Positions 11,633 through 23,246 of a stretch of DNA of 64,000 bases are shown here, in pieces; position 1 is the first letter of the stretch; the number at the start of each line of letters is the position of its first letter. The position numbers were made by a program, and so were the translations under genes. The notes under the pieces are model-generated. The model was not told where the DNA came from. It ran no database searches and saw only the letters and a program-made list of their open reading frames with translations. Source of the stretch: Selaginella moellendorffii (Eukaryota; Plantae; Lycopodiophyta); assembly GCF_000143415.4 (NCBI RefSeq), contig NW_003314269.1, positions 2,177,544 through 2,241,543 on the forward strand, written 5' to 3'.

Positions 11633-14182
11633 ATGGGGAAGCAGGGCCCTTGCTACCACTGTGGAATTACCAGTAAGTTCTCATCCATCACCATTAAGCT
11701 ACAAGGTTTGCCTTTGTATACTCTTTGTTTGGCTTTCTTGCAAACTTTGACGTGTTTCCTTCGTTGTAATGGACGTTGTGCTTTTGCTGCTTGTTTGTAT
11801 CACCACGATGATTGATACGAAACAGCTCGAAGGCAAAGCTATATGACATGGTTTTTATCTCTCTGTGTATCCTGGTCTCATAATCGAATCAAACTCGGTT
11901 GTAATTGCCAAAAATGCCAGCGAAGAAACAAAGTCTTGTGGAAAAACCTCTCCAAAGTTTGCTCCCTTTGATCTATAACTTACTCGTGTGCTGCTTCGTG
12001 TTTTTGTTTTTGCCATCTTTCCAGCAACACCACTGTGGCGGAATGGCCCCCCGGAGAAGCCAGTTTTGTGCAATGCCTGTGGCTCGAGGTGGCGGACTAA
12101 AGGCACGCTCATCAACTACATGCCAATGCACTCGGGCGGATTTGGAGTTGGGAGTGACAAAGCGAGATGGAACTCTAACCGGACCGCTCCAGAGAAGACG
12201 ATCATCTCGCGCAAGAGAAAGGAACCATCGGATGGAAACTCGGAGAGCGCTCTCTCGAAAACCAGCACGTATTTCTCCACCAGCGCGGAGGACGATGCCA
12301 GCACGCGATCGAGCCTCGGCTCTGAGGTTTCGACGTTCGATGGTCCCTTCTACAGATCGGCCGTCGCTCCTGGTAACTGGTTTTCACCGTTTTTCACCGT
12401 TTTCTCTTCGGCTGAACTCGTGAATTTCGTCCATGCAGTGCGTGGAACGCCTTGGGACACTCCAGTTCCATCTCGCAGGCGCACAAACATGTTCCGATCC
12501 CGGGCCTCCTCAGACAAAATCGCCAGGAACCTCGTCTCGCTCGAGGAGCAAGAGGTGTCGTCGGTGACATGCCCCGAGAATGGTGACGCTGTAGTTTTGT
12601 TCGAGACAAAGTCACCGCTGGTAGCGGTGGAGATTGGGCTTGGAAGTGTTTTTATCCGGCAGCCTGCGCAGCAAATCGCCCAGCAGCAGGAGCACGAGTC
12701 CGAGGCGAGCTCGTTGCTCATCGATAGTGGCACTAGAGGAGGAGGAGGAGCACACGAACTCGGTGAGGTTCCTGGTCAAAGTACCGGGCTCTACAATTCG
12801 GCCCCGTTGAGAGGAAAGGAGAAGCTCGCCATCGGCTACCAAAGACCCGAGACTCATTACAATCCCAGTAGAACGCTCTTGTAAGTATCTCTTTATTTTC
12901 TCTTTTCTAGTCTAGATTTCTCTATGAAGATGATTTGAAGCTTCTTGTCTTCCAGAGAAATTTTTCCCTACAACAAGAGAAATGTGCTGCAAAGCAAGCA
13001 GTCTCCACTCAACTTCCTGGAACTCAAGGCAAGCTTTCTCTATTCTCCTAAAAGGATTTACTGTAACGTGTTCTTTCGACACGATTGAACAGGATGTGAT
13101 TAATGCTGATACGTTTACCGAGCTATTGACGGATCAAGAGCAACTCCAGCTTCTAAAGTTCCTCTCCTCGGTGGACATCTCGCATTGTCCACAAAGGTAA
13201 AAACTTTCTCCTTTCTTTCTTAGTATCTGAGAAAGAAAACTAAGTGGAGAGCGCTCTCGTGCAGCTTGAGCAGCATGTTTAGCAGCTCCCAGTTCGAGAG
13301 GGCAGTGTCCAACTTTCAGCGGCTTCTTTCCGAAGGAACGTTCGACTCGCCCGAAGCTGGATCCAGTCCTCGCGTTTTGCAGCACTACCAGCAACTTCTA
13401 TCGGTCACGGACTTGGCAGCGTCCGGATGGGCCGAAAGCTTGTCTCAGCTTCAAAATCAAGCTCGAACTTCCAAGCGCCGGGCTGAGGTGAAACCAAACT
13501 TTCTCGTTCGCGTTTCCTTTTTTCATCTCTCTCCTACTTACGTTACAGCAGCCGCCGTGTGGCAAAGAGCACAAGCTTCTCAAGCCTCCCTGCGCAGGAA
13601 ATGCATCGCTGCTCGCGATCGAGAGTAAGAGACGAAAAGGTTTCTCTCGAGGACTCAAAACCATCTCTTTTTTTTTCTTTCTTTGTCTCTGAAGGGACGG
13701 ACGACTCAATCCTCCATGGAACTCACAAGCAACACGAGCTTAACTACGGGGTCTCTTCAAGCAGCTCGAAACCAAGCCAGGAATCATCCGGCCCCCGGCG
13801 AGCTACGACTTCCTCTTTCCTGCCCGAGTCCACGGCGATTCCAGCGCGAAAACCCGTGAAGAACAACCTCATGGAGGAGGGCCACGACAGCGGTGGCGAG
13901 CAGGACTTGCTCGTAAACGTCCCCTCGAGCATGTCCTTCCGCCACGACGCCGAGCTCCTGCTACTCCAAAAGCCACCATCCATGGATCATCTCAGGGACA
14001 AAGGAGGGAATGGAAACGGTGGGAGCAATGCGAGTGGAGGCGATTGCGCGGACTTGATCGTCACGAACACTTGGCATTCGACCGACTGGGATGGATTCTT
14101 GTGGACGAGCCCGGCATCGGCGAGAGGAGGAGGATCGACTAGAAGGCGGGTTCTTCCCAATGGAACCGTGCTCAATCCGTAA
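11633..14182 (+). CDS. GATA transcription factor, GATA26/27-like (N-terminal zinc finger plus ASXH/DEUBAD-like region)
   Basis: MGKQGPCYHCGIT/TTPLWRNGPPEKPVLCNACGSRWRTKG, WDTPVPSRRRT, EIGLGSVFIR, LTDQEQLQLLKFL..VD, MFSSSQFERAVSNFQRLLSEG. Confidence 0.93.
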
Positions 14183-14318
14183 GTAGCAAGAACGGGAACA
14201 CCGAAAAAAACGAAGAACAAAGAGAAAACGAAAAGTAATGTAACTTTTCCCGGTACATTTTGAATTTGCGAATATCCGCGCTATCTTGTCAAAGTCGCTA
14301 CAGTTTTTAGGGCTCTTC

Positions 14319-15149
14319 ATGGCGGGGCTGTTTGATACCCAGGCGGAGATCTACGCGGCTGCGCGCCCCGATTATCCGGATTCCCTCTTCGAATTCCTGG
14401 CGTCGGTTACGCACCATGGATGCGTGTGGGACGTGGGCACTGGAAATGGGCAAGCTGCGATCAAGGTAAGCCAAGCCGGGGTTTGTCTAGAATTTTTGGG
14501 GGTTTCTTAGCTCGCAGAGATCTTCGATCGAGTGATCGCGACGGACGTGAGCTCCCAGCAGCTCCAGCAAGCCCCGCAGCGCCCAAACATCAAATACGCC
14601 GTGACTTCCAAATCGATCACCCGCGACGAGCTCCACTCGGTGATCGGCCCCGACCACTCGCTCGACCTCGTCACCGTCGCGCAGGCCCTCCACTGGTTCG
14701 ACCTGGACGCCTTCTACGGCCACGTCGGCGCGATGCTCCGCCGTGGCGGCGACCGCCCGGGCGTGCTGGCCGCGTGGTGCTACCAGCTCTGCCACGTGGA
14801 CGCAGACGTGGACGCCGTCCTCACCGAGTTCTACGCGGCCACGTCGCCCTACTGGGCGCCACAGCGGCAGCTCGTGGACAACGGCTACCGTACAATCGAC
14901 TTCCCGTTTGAGCCGGTCGCGGGCCAGGCTAGTACGGGGCCGTTACGGTTCGAGTCGATCAAGCGGCTCAATTTGGGCCAGCTCTTGGCCTACTTCCGGT
15001 CGTGGTCCGCCGTACAGACCGCCATGGACAAGGGGGTGGCCATATTGGAGGAGTTTCGGCCGGCATTTGAGAAGAGCTGGGGCGGTGATCCTATGGTGGT
15101 GAAAACGGTGACTTGGCCTGTCCATCTTCTGGTTGGCAAGCCAAAATAA
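14319..15149 (+). CDS. SAM-dependent methyltransferase (Methyltransf_11, embryo-abundant-protein-like)
   Basis: [31 protein letters not shown] (motif I), [22 protein letters not shown]. One intron (14466-14510). Confidence 0.92.
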
Positions 15150-15391
15150 TTATCTTCAGCAGCGAGTTTTACAACTGGATGCAATAACTCTCCTCAATCA
15201 TCCCAGGTCTAAAATAAGTATTTAGACTAAAATATCAGCAGTTGGACCCTATAAGCTAAACCATATTTAAACCCTTAAACCAGCCGATCTGGCCAATCGC
15301 TTTCTCATGATCGAGCAAGACATTTGAAAACAAAGCTTTTATTTTGTGCTTGGTCCCGTACTGTACTACTCTTGGATATCAACGTCCACAA

Positions 15392-15700
15392 GTTTCCATA
15401 ACCATGCTCAGCACAGTTCTTTCCCGTCGGCTCCTCTCGATCCATCCATCAACATGGCGAGTTGCATGATCCTATCTCAAGCAGCAGCAGTCCCACTTCA
15501 TGGCCAACCAGAAGATGACCTTTGACGAACTGCAGGACTTCCTCGACGTGCATGTAAGTATATCGTATGATTGGCTGGATATTGATTGGCTGTGGTTACT
15601 ATGCATTTGTGGAGACTACGCACCGTTGTGGAACGCGAACTCACAAATCGGACCTCCTGGGTGACGAGGAAGGGAACAGCTACTGGGGATTCCTCCTCCA
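15392..15700 (+). pseudogene. Collapsed fragmentary copy of the downstream decarboxylase 5' region
   Basis: Colinear near-identical blocks to 15982-16565 (TCCATCAA.ATGGCGAGTT, CTATCTCAAGCAGCAGCAGTCCCACTTCATGG, GTGCATGTAAGTA intron donor, CCTGGGTGACGAGGAAGGGAACAGCTACTGGGGATTCCTCCTC), separated by deletions. Confidence 0.92.
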
Positions 15701-16055
15701 CTATAACATAAACAATATTTTGCAACATTATAATAAGATTGCATTTTCTGTGCAACGTTATTTTTCAATGCAACTTTGTAGTAATCCTTGTACCATCAAA
15801 AAATACCAATTTGAATATATACGGTGACACCTTACGATTTTGTATTCTTCCATCGCTGGCATCAAATAATGAATTTTATGGTCCCAATCCTTTACTTATC
15901 TGATTTCTTGAAAGGGACATTTGACCCTTCAAGCTAGAATTTTGCTCCACGCTTTTCTCGTGGTTGATCTTGCATATAAACAGTTTCCATTGCTCAGCAC
16001 ACACTAGTCCTTTTTCTCTCTTAGCATCGGGTTCTTGATCAGTCCATCCATCAAT

Positions 16056-17975
16056 ATGGCGAGTTCCATGAGTGATCTATTTCCCGCGCAGCGCGTTTCC
16101 CCTCCCACCACTGACGATTATGTCTATCCTCCACTTCCCAAAGCTCTCGAGGGTGTCAACTTCGATCTTGCGTCGAGTTTGAGGGACAGCAAGCTCCAAG
16201 AGCATCCGGCCAACCGTCTGCAAGCCCGCCAGGAGGCCCTTAACAAGTCGCTCGACTATCTCAAGCAGCAGCAGTCCCACTTCATGGGCTTCCAGGCCAA
16301 CCAGAAGATGAGCTTTGACGAACTGAATGACTTCCTCAACGTGCATGTAAGTAGATATTCATGGTCATTGTTATCAAATGTTTGCTCTGGTCCCAGATTA
16401 ACAACATTGGGGACCCATTTGTGGAGGGCACTTGCACCACCAACACCAAGTTCATGGAGCGCGCCGTGCTCGACTACTACGCGTCGCTGTGGAACGCGAA
16501 CTGGCCTCATAAATCGGCCCTCCTGGGTGACGAGGAAGGGAACAGCTACTGGGGATTCCTCCTCACCATGGGATCCACCGAAGGCAACATGTACGCACTG
16601 TGGAATGCCCGAGACTACCTCGGTGGCAAAATCCTCCTCATGGAATCCGGCGGAGACACAAAGAAGGCGGCGGCTCCGCGGCTTGTGTATCGCCAAGCAG
16701 CCGTGCCTCCAAATGCCAAGCCCAGGCAAGGAGCGCAGCTCCATTCCCAGAATGCTCCGACGAGTTTTGTGAGAACTACTTCTCGCCGGTTGCGTTCTAT
16801 TCGGAGGACACGCACTACTCGTTCGCAAAGGCGACCCGGCTCATCGCCATCCCCACTTTCGGAGTGGTGGGCGAGGAGAAGTACCCCGGGATGTGCCCGA
16901 TCACCCAAGATGGGAAGTGGCCGGACGAGGTCCCCTCGTACGAGGAGGGCCCCGAGGATGGAACCATCCACACCCAGTCTCTCGCGGAGCTAGTGCTCTT
17001 CTTTGCACGGAGGGGCCACCCCATCTTCGTTAACCTCAACTATGGCACCACCTTCAAGGGCGCCTATGATAGCGTCGTTAAGGCCATGGCCGCGCTCATG
17101 CCCATCTTCCAGTTCTACGGCCACGACAAGCGGGTCATCGACGCCGGCGGCAAGGAGAGTGTACGGACGGGATTTTGGATCCACGTCGATGGCGCACTCG
17201 GTGCTGCTTACATTCCGTATCTGAAGCTGGCCGCGGAAGAGGGCTGCAAGTTTGAGGATGGTGACGCTGTGGAAGTCGCGCCCGAGTTTGATTTCAGCCT
17301 GGACGCTGTGCATTCCATCTCAATGAGCGGGCACAAGTGGATGGGTGCGCCAATTCCATGCGGACTTTTCATGTCCAAGAGAAGGTGATGTTCTTACGCC
17401 ACCTGATGAAAAACGTTGACGAAAGTTGTGGCTCTTCCAGGTACCAAATCAACCCACCGAGCAATCCGATCTACACTGGCACTCCAGACACCACCTTTGC
17501 TGGCTCCAGGAATGGCCTTTCGGCGGTCTTCTACTGGAGCTACATCTCCAAGCATACACTCAAGCAGCATATTGACAAGGCCGTGAATTGCCAGGGGATG
17601 GCACGATTCATCTACAACACCATGAAAGAGCTGGGCAAGAAACTCAAGCTCGATCTCTGGGTTGCACGATCTCCACTCTCGCTCACTGTTCGTTTCCGGC
17701 AGCTCAACCATGACCTGGTGCTCAAGTACAGCCTCTCCAACGAGACGCTAGTGGTCAATGGTGTGCAACGCCTCTATTCACACGTCTTTGCAATGGAGCA
17801 TGTCACCAAGGAATTGGTGCTCATGCTAGTGGAGGACGTGATGAAGCTCGGACACAAAGCTTTCAAGGATTTATCGGATGGAATTGCAGGTGGAATCGAT
17901 GGACTGGCTACAGCGATGGATGCTCCTCTTGTTTCATGTGTGCCATTCCAGAGTCGTGGTTTCACCGGCAACTAA
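16056..17975 (+). CDS. Group II PLP-dependent amino-acid decarboxylase (HDC/SDC family, VlmD-like long form); reading frame broken near 16700-16775
   Basis: INNIGDPF, MGSTEGN, SEDTHYS, NYGTTFKGAYD, WIHVDGALG, SMSGHKW (PLP lysine), DTTFAGSRNG. Introns near 16347-16396 and 17385-17440; TATAAA at 15975-15980. The conserved blocks switch frame between the two ORFs. Confidence 0.88.
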
Positions 17976-20309
17976 AGAACTTGTGATCATAAATTACATA
18001 ATAAGTAAATAAATGTTGTTGGAGATTGCAATGGCGCTCAATATTACTAGAAATTGCCAAGTGGAATGCTAGGCGGTTAAGAAAGCTGCTTTTAAAAGAA
18101 GTCTCCCGCTGCTTAGTCACCAGCTCCCGCCTCAAGCACTATCTTTCCTTGGGTGATGTCCTTGCTTTGCCCACACTATTAAACCTCGAGTATGGCTATA
18201 AGCAATTCCCTTTGTGCACTTTAAATATTCCATATAAGGAAATTCCTTATGAAAATGGTGGATCATTTCAAATAAAATCTTTACAAATAGGTCATGAAGG
18301 CCCGGTTTTTTCTACGTATTTAAATTATCAAATACTTGTCCTTATGAAGAGCTATATTTTATATCCCATTTAGTTTATTTTTAGTTTGCTAGTTACACAA
18401 ATAATAAACGAGTGAACATTTCTGGGCATAAAAGCAAGCCACAAATGGCAATTTTTTTTAATTATTACTAGTGACATTATATTATATTCCATAATGCACT
18501 TCCTGCAATTTCTTGAGTAATATTTTTCTAGAAGAAAAAGTTGATATAAAGCTCTAGTCATACTCTTCTAGGAACAATTTTAAAATTCTTAATTAAATCA
18601 CATATTGATCAATTGGACTAATAAATAATACTAAACATGAATGGTGCTACTAGTAAAAAAACCAGCAATTATTTAGAAATCTTTTAAACAATTTAGAGAT
18701 TCTCTTGATAGAATTTATTGATTTCAATGTTGGTAATATGCTAAGTTTGTGTGTGACAATCCCAATGATTAATTATATTTCAACAACACTAAACCCATCT
18801 CCAAGCCTTTTTTCCACGTCTTGTGAGAGCTCAAATGAGTTCTTTCTTTCAGATTACTTGCATTTGTGCTGAGGAAGTCGAAAGATGGCGGAGTATGTAT
18901 CGAACAAGCTAAGCTTCATAAACAATGAGACCAAGTAGGCCTTGATTGATGCTCCTCTACGATCTCTAATAGCGGAGGATGTTTTTCTCAGGTTTAACGT
19001 AAACGGGCCACGATACCACTCTAAATCGTATCTGAGCAAACTGCTTGAGCCAGAAAATCTGCAATCGTTCTAATCCGTTCAACGGTTTGTTGGCTTGCTT
19101 AAGTATGTCTTTCCAATGGAACTGCACTAGGAGATTCACGGGCCAAGTAGCTTGAGAAAGAATGACAAAGGACTTTTAATTAACTATATTACCGTACATG
19201 GCAATTGAAATTGAAAGAAATAATAATGTTTTAAACATAATTATCTGCTTTTTTAGCGGATCACTATCTCGATCGTCTAGACGAGGGTTTTAGAGAGCAG
19301 TTCCCTCACGTCAACCTCAAGGCCGAGGTTCCCCAAGGTTCCAAGGAGAAAAGGAGCTTGCTCGATTGCTACGATCACTGCGAGCCCGGTCGATCGCAAA
19401 GCCAAACGCCAGGGGGGGATTGTCCAGGGACCGCGAGAGGAGGAGGAAAGCTGGAGCGGCCCTCTCGCACAGCCGGGAGGAAGCGAGATTGGCCACCACT
19501 CCATACCGAGCTCCGGTGAGCTCCTTGTAGTTGACGAGCCTGTCCAGCACCAAGTGTGGAAATCGACCAAGATGACGAGCGTGAGAGCCTCGAAATGCCA
19601 CCCGAATCGAGGAAACGGAATTTCTCTTCAATTGCGGGATTCAGGAATGGATTCCTGGTTTGAGCATCTCCCCGACCAGAAGTAAGGTTGTTTCTCGTCA
19701 TGGACGCCGGTTTGAGTCAATGCATGGTGCTTCGTCCAGATCCCTAGAGCAAATGCTGGAGTTCATGAGAAGCTCGCTGCTCAAGTTCGACTATGGGGGT
19801 GCAAGCTCGAGAACGCTGACAAGATCGTTGGCCAGGCGGTGACGATCGAGGGATTCAAGCTTGAAGATCTGAGCGACACCGAAGTGTTGCCTCTGCACTC
19901 CGCGGGGAATCCCAGCAAGTCAATGCAAGATCGTCGGAGTGGATGGCGGGAGAACAAACTTGAGGCTGGTTGGATTTGGCGACGCCGAGCTTGTGCAAGT
20001 TTTATCCTACGAAGGTATTGAAAGGTTGTCGATTTCGACAAGGATTTCCTGGCAATTCTCGACTCCAGGGGCAAAGATCACTTGGAACACTCAGTATGAA
20101 CATTTTTCCCGAGCTGGAGAAAACGGAAATGTCAAAACGCAGTGGCTGCAAATCTCAAATGTATTTTGAGGCGTTTTCTTCCGAACTTTGCTTGATCCTG
20201 GCTTGGTATTTAGATCGGCGAGTGTTACCTGCAGTTCTAAGAACTTCATGAGCTCTAGCGATTGAAAAACAAATACTTACTGTATGTGCTCGATCGTGTG
20301 GCTTGCCGC

Positions 20310-21668
20310 TTAAACTCGAGAGAAAGAATGCTCGGACCAAACTATGGTACCTCCAGGACGAATGTTTTCGTAGTCGCAAGTTCTCAAGTAGAGCCTCTTG
20401 AGCTGCTGGAGGAATTCCCCTTCCATCTGGTTGAGCAGCAAAACGCACCAGGTTCGCTCGTGGACTAGATCCTGGCATCGCTCGCACTGCTGCCTTGAGC
20501 AGCAAGCATGGCAGAAGCAAATTCCGGAGCTCTCCTTGGAGTGGACGTGAATCGCAATGGACTCGACGTAGCTCCTGGACAAGCCCGAGTTCTTGACCGC
20601 CACTGCCGCCGCCGCGAGGATGGCCGGGACTTTCCACCAGATTGCTCTCCTGGCTTGCAGCAATCCAAGGAAATAGTTTTCCACTTCTTCCCGCTTCTGC
20701 TGTGGAATCTCTGGAAAGCTCACCGCTCCTCCTTCAGAAGCTTGCGAAGAAGAAGGGACGAGCGAAGCCAGGAGCTTGCGGAGAACGAGTTTCCATGCAG
20801 TGGAGGCAAGATAGAGCAAGCAGAGCTCGGCAACCTCCACAACTTCGTCACCCTGCGTCGCGGAAGTCACTGCCTTTCTGTGCAAAGAATCCAAAACCGG
20901 GATCCACAGCTCCATCTCGGCGTCGAAGATCGTCATGGCTCCCGTGAGTTTGTAGATCGTCTTGGCCGACGTCCAGTAGGAGATGGCTTCCTGGCACCAT
21001 CTCTCGCAAAGGCAAGAGCTTCCTCTACTGGTGTCCGGGTGATCACTAGTTCCATCTTCCTTCCAAATGGGAATAGCTCGCGTTTTCACCAACCTGCTTG
21101 AACTTATCTCCTCTACGACGCGCTCGAGCCCTTCGCCCAGTCGATCCAAGCCCGACTTTGCTCTCTCTCGAGACAATACCTCCAGAGTGATCGCCTCGGG
21201 AACCTGAAACTCATCGAAGGATCGCTTCCTGGCCGAGGATCCTCCCTTTCTCTCCCGGAGAAACTCCGCGAGATCGGTGTCGGGGGCCGCCACCACGAGC
21301 GAGACGAGCTGCCCGTTGCCAATCCCAAAGGCCTGGATCAAGAAACTTACAAGGACGTTTCTCGCAGTGGAGAGTAGCCGGCATGTGAGCTGAGGCAGGC
21401 CCGGCGGATGGGGCGTGGCGTCCATGAGATCCAGCAGCGCCATGTCGAGAATCTCCATGGACGAGCGCCCCTGGTCAGTGGCTGGAAACCCCCGCATTGC
21501 TCGCTCCAGGAGCGCCGCCCATCGCATTGCCCTGGCCACGCCCCGAGGATGCCAGAAAACGGGCGCCCCGGAAGACTGGTAGCCTGACGCGAGCACCAGA
21601 ATATCGAGAAACGCGGACGCTACCTGGATCAGCTCCTCCAGGCTCATGGCCTCGTGCGCCCACGCCAT
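20310..21668 (-). CDS. Fanconi anemia group F (FANCF)-like protein
   Basis: 452-aa ORF beginning MAWAHEAMSLEELIQVASAFLDILVLASGYQSSG..W....ARAMRWA, as in plant FANCF-like proteins, with a Cys-rich C-terminal part. 3' end uncertain (possible donor near 20350). Confidence 0.75.
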   Translation of the reverse strand: MAWAHEAMSLEELIQVASAFLDILVLASGYQSSGAPVFWHPRGVARAMRWAALLERAMRGFPATDQGRSSMEILDMALLDLMDATPHPPGLPQLTCRLLSTARNVLVSFLIQAFGIGNGQLVSLVVAAPDTDLAEFLRERKGGSSARKRSFDEFQVPEAITLEVLSRERAKSGLDRLGEGLERVVEEISSSRLVKTRAIPIWKEDGTSDHPDTSRGSSCLCERWCQEAISYWTSAKTIYKLTGAMTIFDAEMELWIPVLDSLHRKAVTSATQGDEVVEVAELCLLYLASTAWKLVLRKLLASLVPSSSQASEGGAVSFPEIPQQKREEVENYFLGLLQARRAIWWKVPAILAAAAVAVKNSGLSRSYVESIAIHVHSKESSGICFCHACCSRQQCERCQDLVHERTWCVLLLNQMEGEFLQQLKRLYLRTCDYENIRPGGTIVWSEHSFSRV

Positions 21669-22459
21669 GGATGCCCTAGCTACTTATTTTCTTCTTGACG
21701 AACACTTCGCGCCTAGAAAACACAGGTGGTAGAGAATAAACACAAATTATATTTATGGTAAAAAAGCATTGTTTGCTTATTTAAATTAAAATATTATCAT
21801 AGATGCTTGCTTATTGAATAACTTAGTAAAATAGTATATTTGAACTTTTAAAAAATGATTGTGAAATATATAAACTTTCAACATTCAAATTAAAATAATA
21901 TCTCTTTGGTATGTGTATGTCGCAAATACAGAATTCTATTAATGTTGTAATTCTGTTTTGATGGTAGTTGATATTGTTACTACTTATGTTCAAGGGCAAA
22001 TGCAAGGACATGGTTATGGTTGGTTGATCAATGGTTTTTGAAAACTCATTGAAAATCCAATGCAAATAAAAGCAAAGAAGACTTACTTATAACGTTCTCG
22101 CTTTGAGAACAAAGCCGCCCTGAAAAAGATTGCTTTCCAGTAGCTCTCACCGCTCGTCATCTTCCACGACGGTGCTTGGGGTTATGTAGATATTCTTTCA
22201 TGGTTTGTGACCTCTCCATGGACCTAGAAAAGCTTTTAGCATATCAAAGAGTTGGAAAGAAGAGAGCTACCAATGAACTTCTCGCTATTTCTCATACAAT
22301 CCTTGCAGCTGTAAGAAACCCAAGAAGGAATTCGAGAAAAATCCCAATCCATTGAAGCAAAATTGGGCTACTTTCTATTACACATGTGAAGGGAACAAAC
22401 ACACACGGCTAGTGCTCTACGCATCGTTACTTTGGTTTTGATGCCTCGTTGCTGGTGTT

Positions 22460-22831
22460 CTAGTCGCTCTTCTTCCGGAAGGAGCAGCCTTCTGTGAGAC
22501 GAGCCTTTCCTCCGGTGGGCTGGCATAGAACGTTTTGGCAATTGCTGCAAAACACCACCGTCTGCGAGTGACTGAAGACAGTCGTGATGTTGAAGCATCC
22601 CTGGCATTTCACGTCCTGCGGCGAGACGAGAATTAGCGCTATGGGAGAAAGGGGAAAGGGCTACAAGGTTACCATGAAGAAGGAATTGGGAGTGGGGACG
22701 AGGCGCTTGAGTTTGTGCTTGCGCTTCTCCAGCTCCGCCGGCGGATGCAAGAGATCGATGTCGTTGGAGAGAACCTGGCGGAAGAAGCACACGATTCAAG
22801 CACAGAAGCGGTGAGGAATTCCACTTACCAT
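22460..22831 (-). CDS. RPS27: 40S ribosomal protein S27 (eS27)
   Basis: ATG-only first exon, then [34 protein letters not shown] / [51 protein letters not shown]. Telo-box AAACCCTA at 22851-22858. Confidence 0.97.
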
Positions 22832-23246
22832 TTTCGACACACACGCACCAAAACCCTAGCCGCCAGAGCCCTAGATTCTTACTATATATCTAGCCCTAGA
22901 TCGCATCCTGGCCGTTCAAAGCTGGAGCCGCGTTTTTCTCGATATTCTAGAACAGAGAGTAACTCGTCCATTTCATCGTGTTAGTTGGGTAAAACAGATC
23001 ATAATGGAGGCAGCTCCTTCTCAGCATCGAAGAATGTCGAGTTTTTGTACGGTTAGGATCGTCTAAAACCTTAAAAAGTAGCATATTCTTTTCAAATAAA
23101 CTTTAAGGTAAAGGAGTTTCTTTTTGTAGTAGGACACCTAAAGTAAATTAATTTTTGTCGACTTGACGACTTTAACTTTGTTTGCCAGTGCAAGTTGTAT
23201 TTATTTTAAGAAACCTTTACTGTTTTAGTAATGTATTGATTTGGTC

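Noticed and set aside
18000-19260. Short ORFs in the AT-rich spacer after the decarboxylase
   Set aside because: Non-ATG starts, no motifs, low-complexity composition.
19270-20260. GC-rich, coding-like stretch downstream of FANCF
   Set aside because: No consistent frame, splice model or recognisable motif on either strand; left unassigned.
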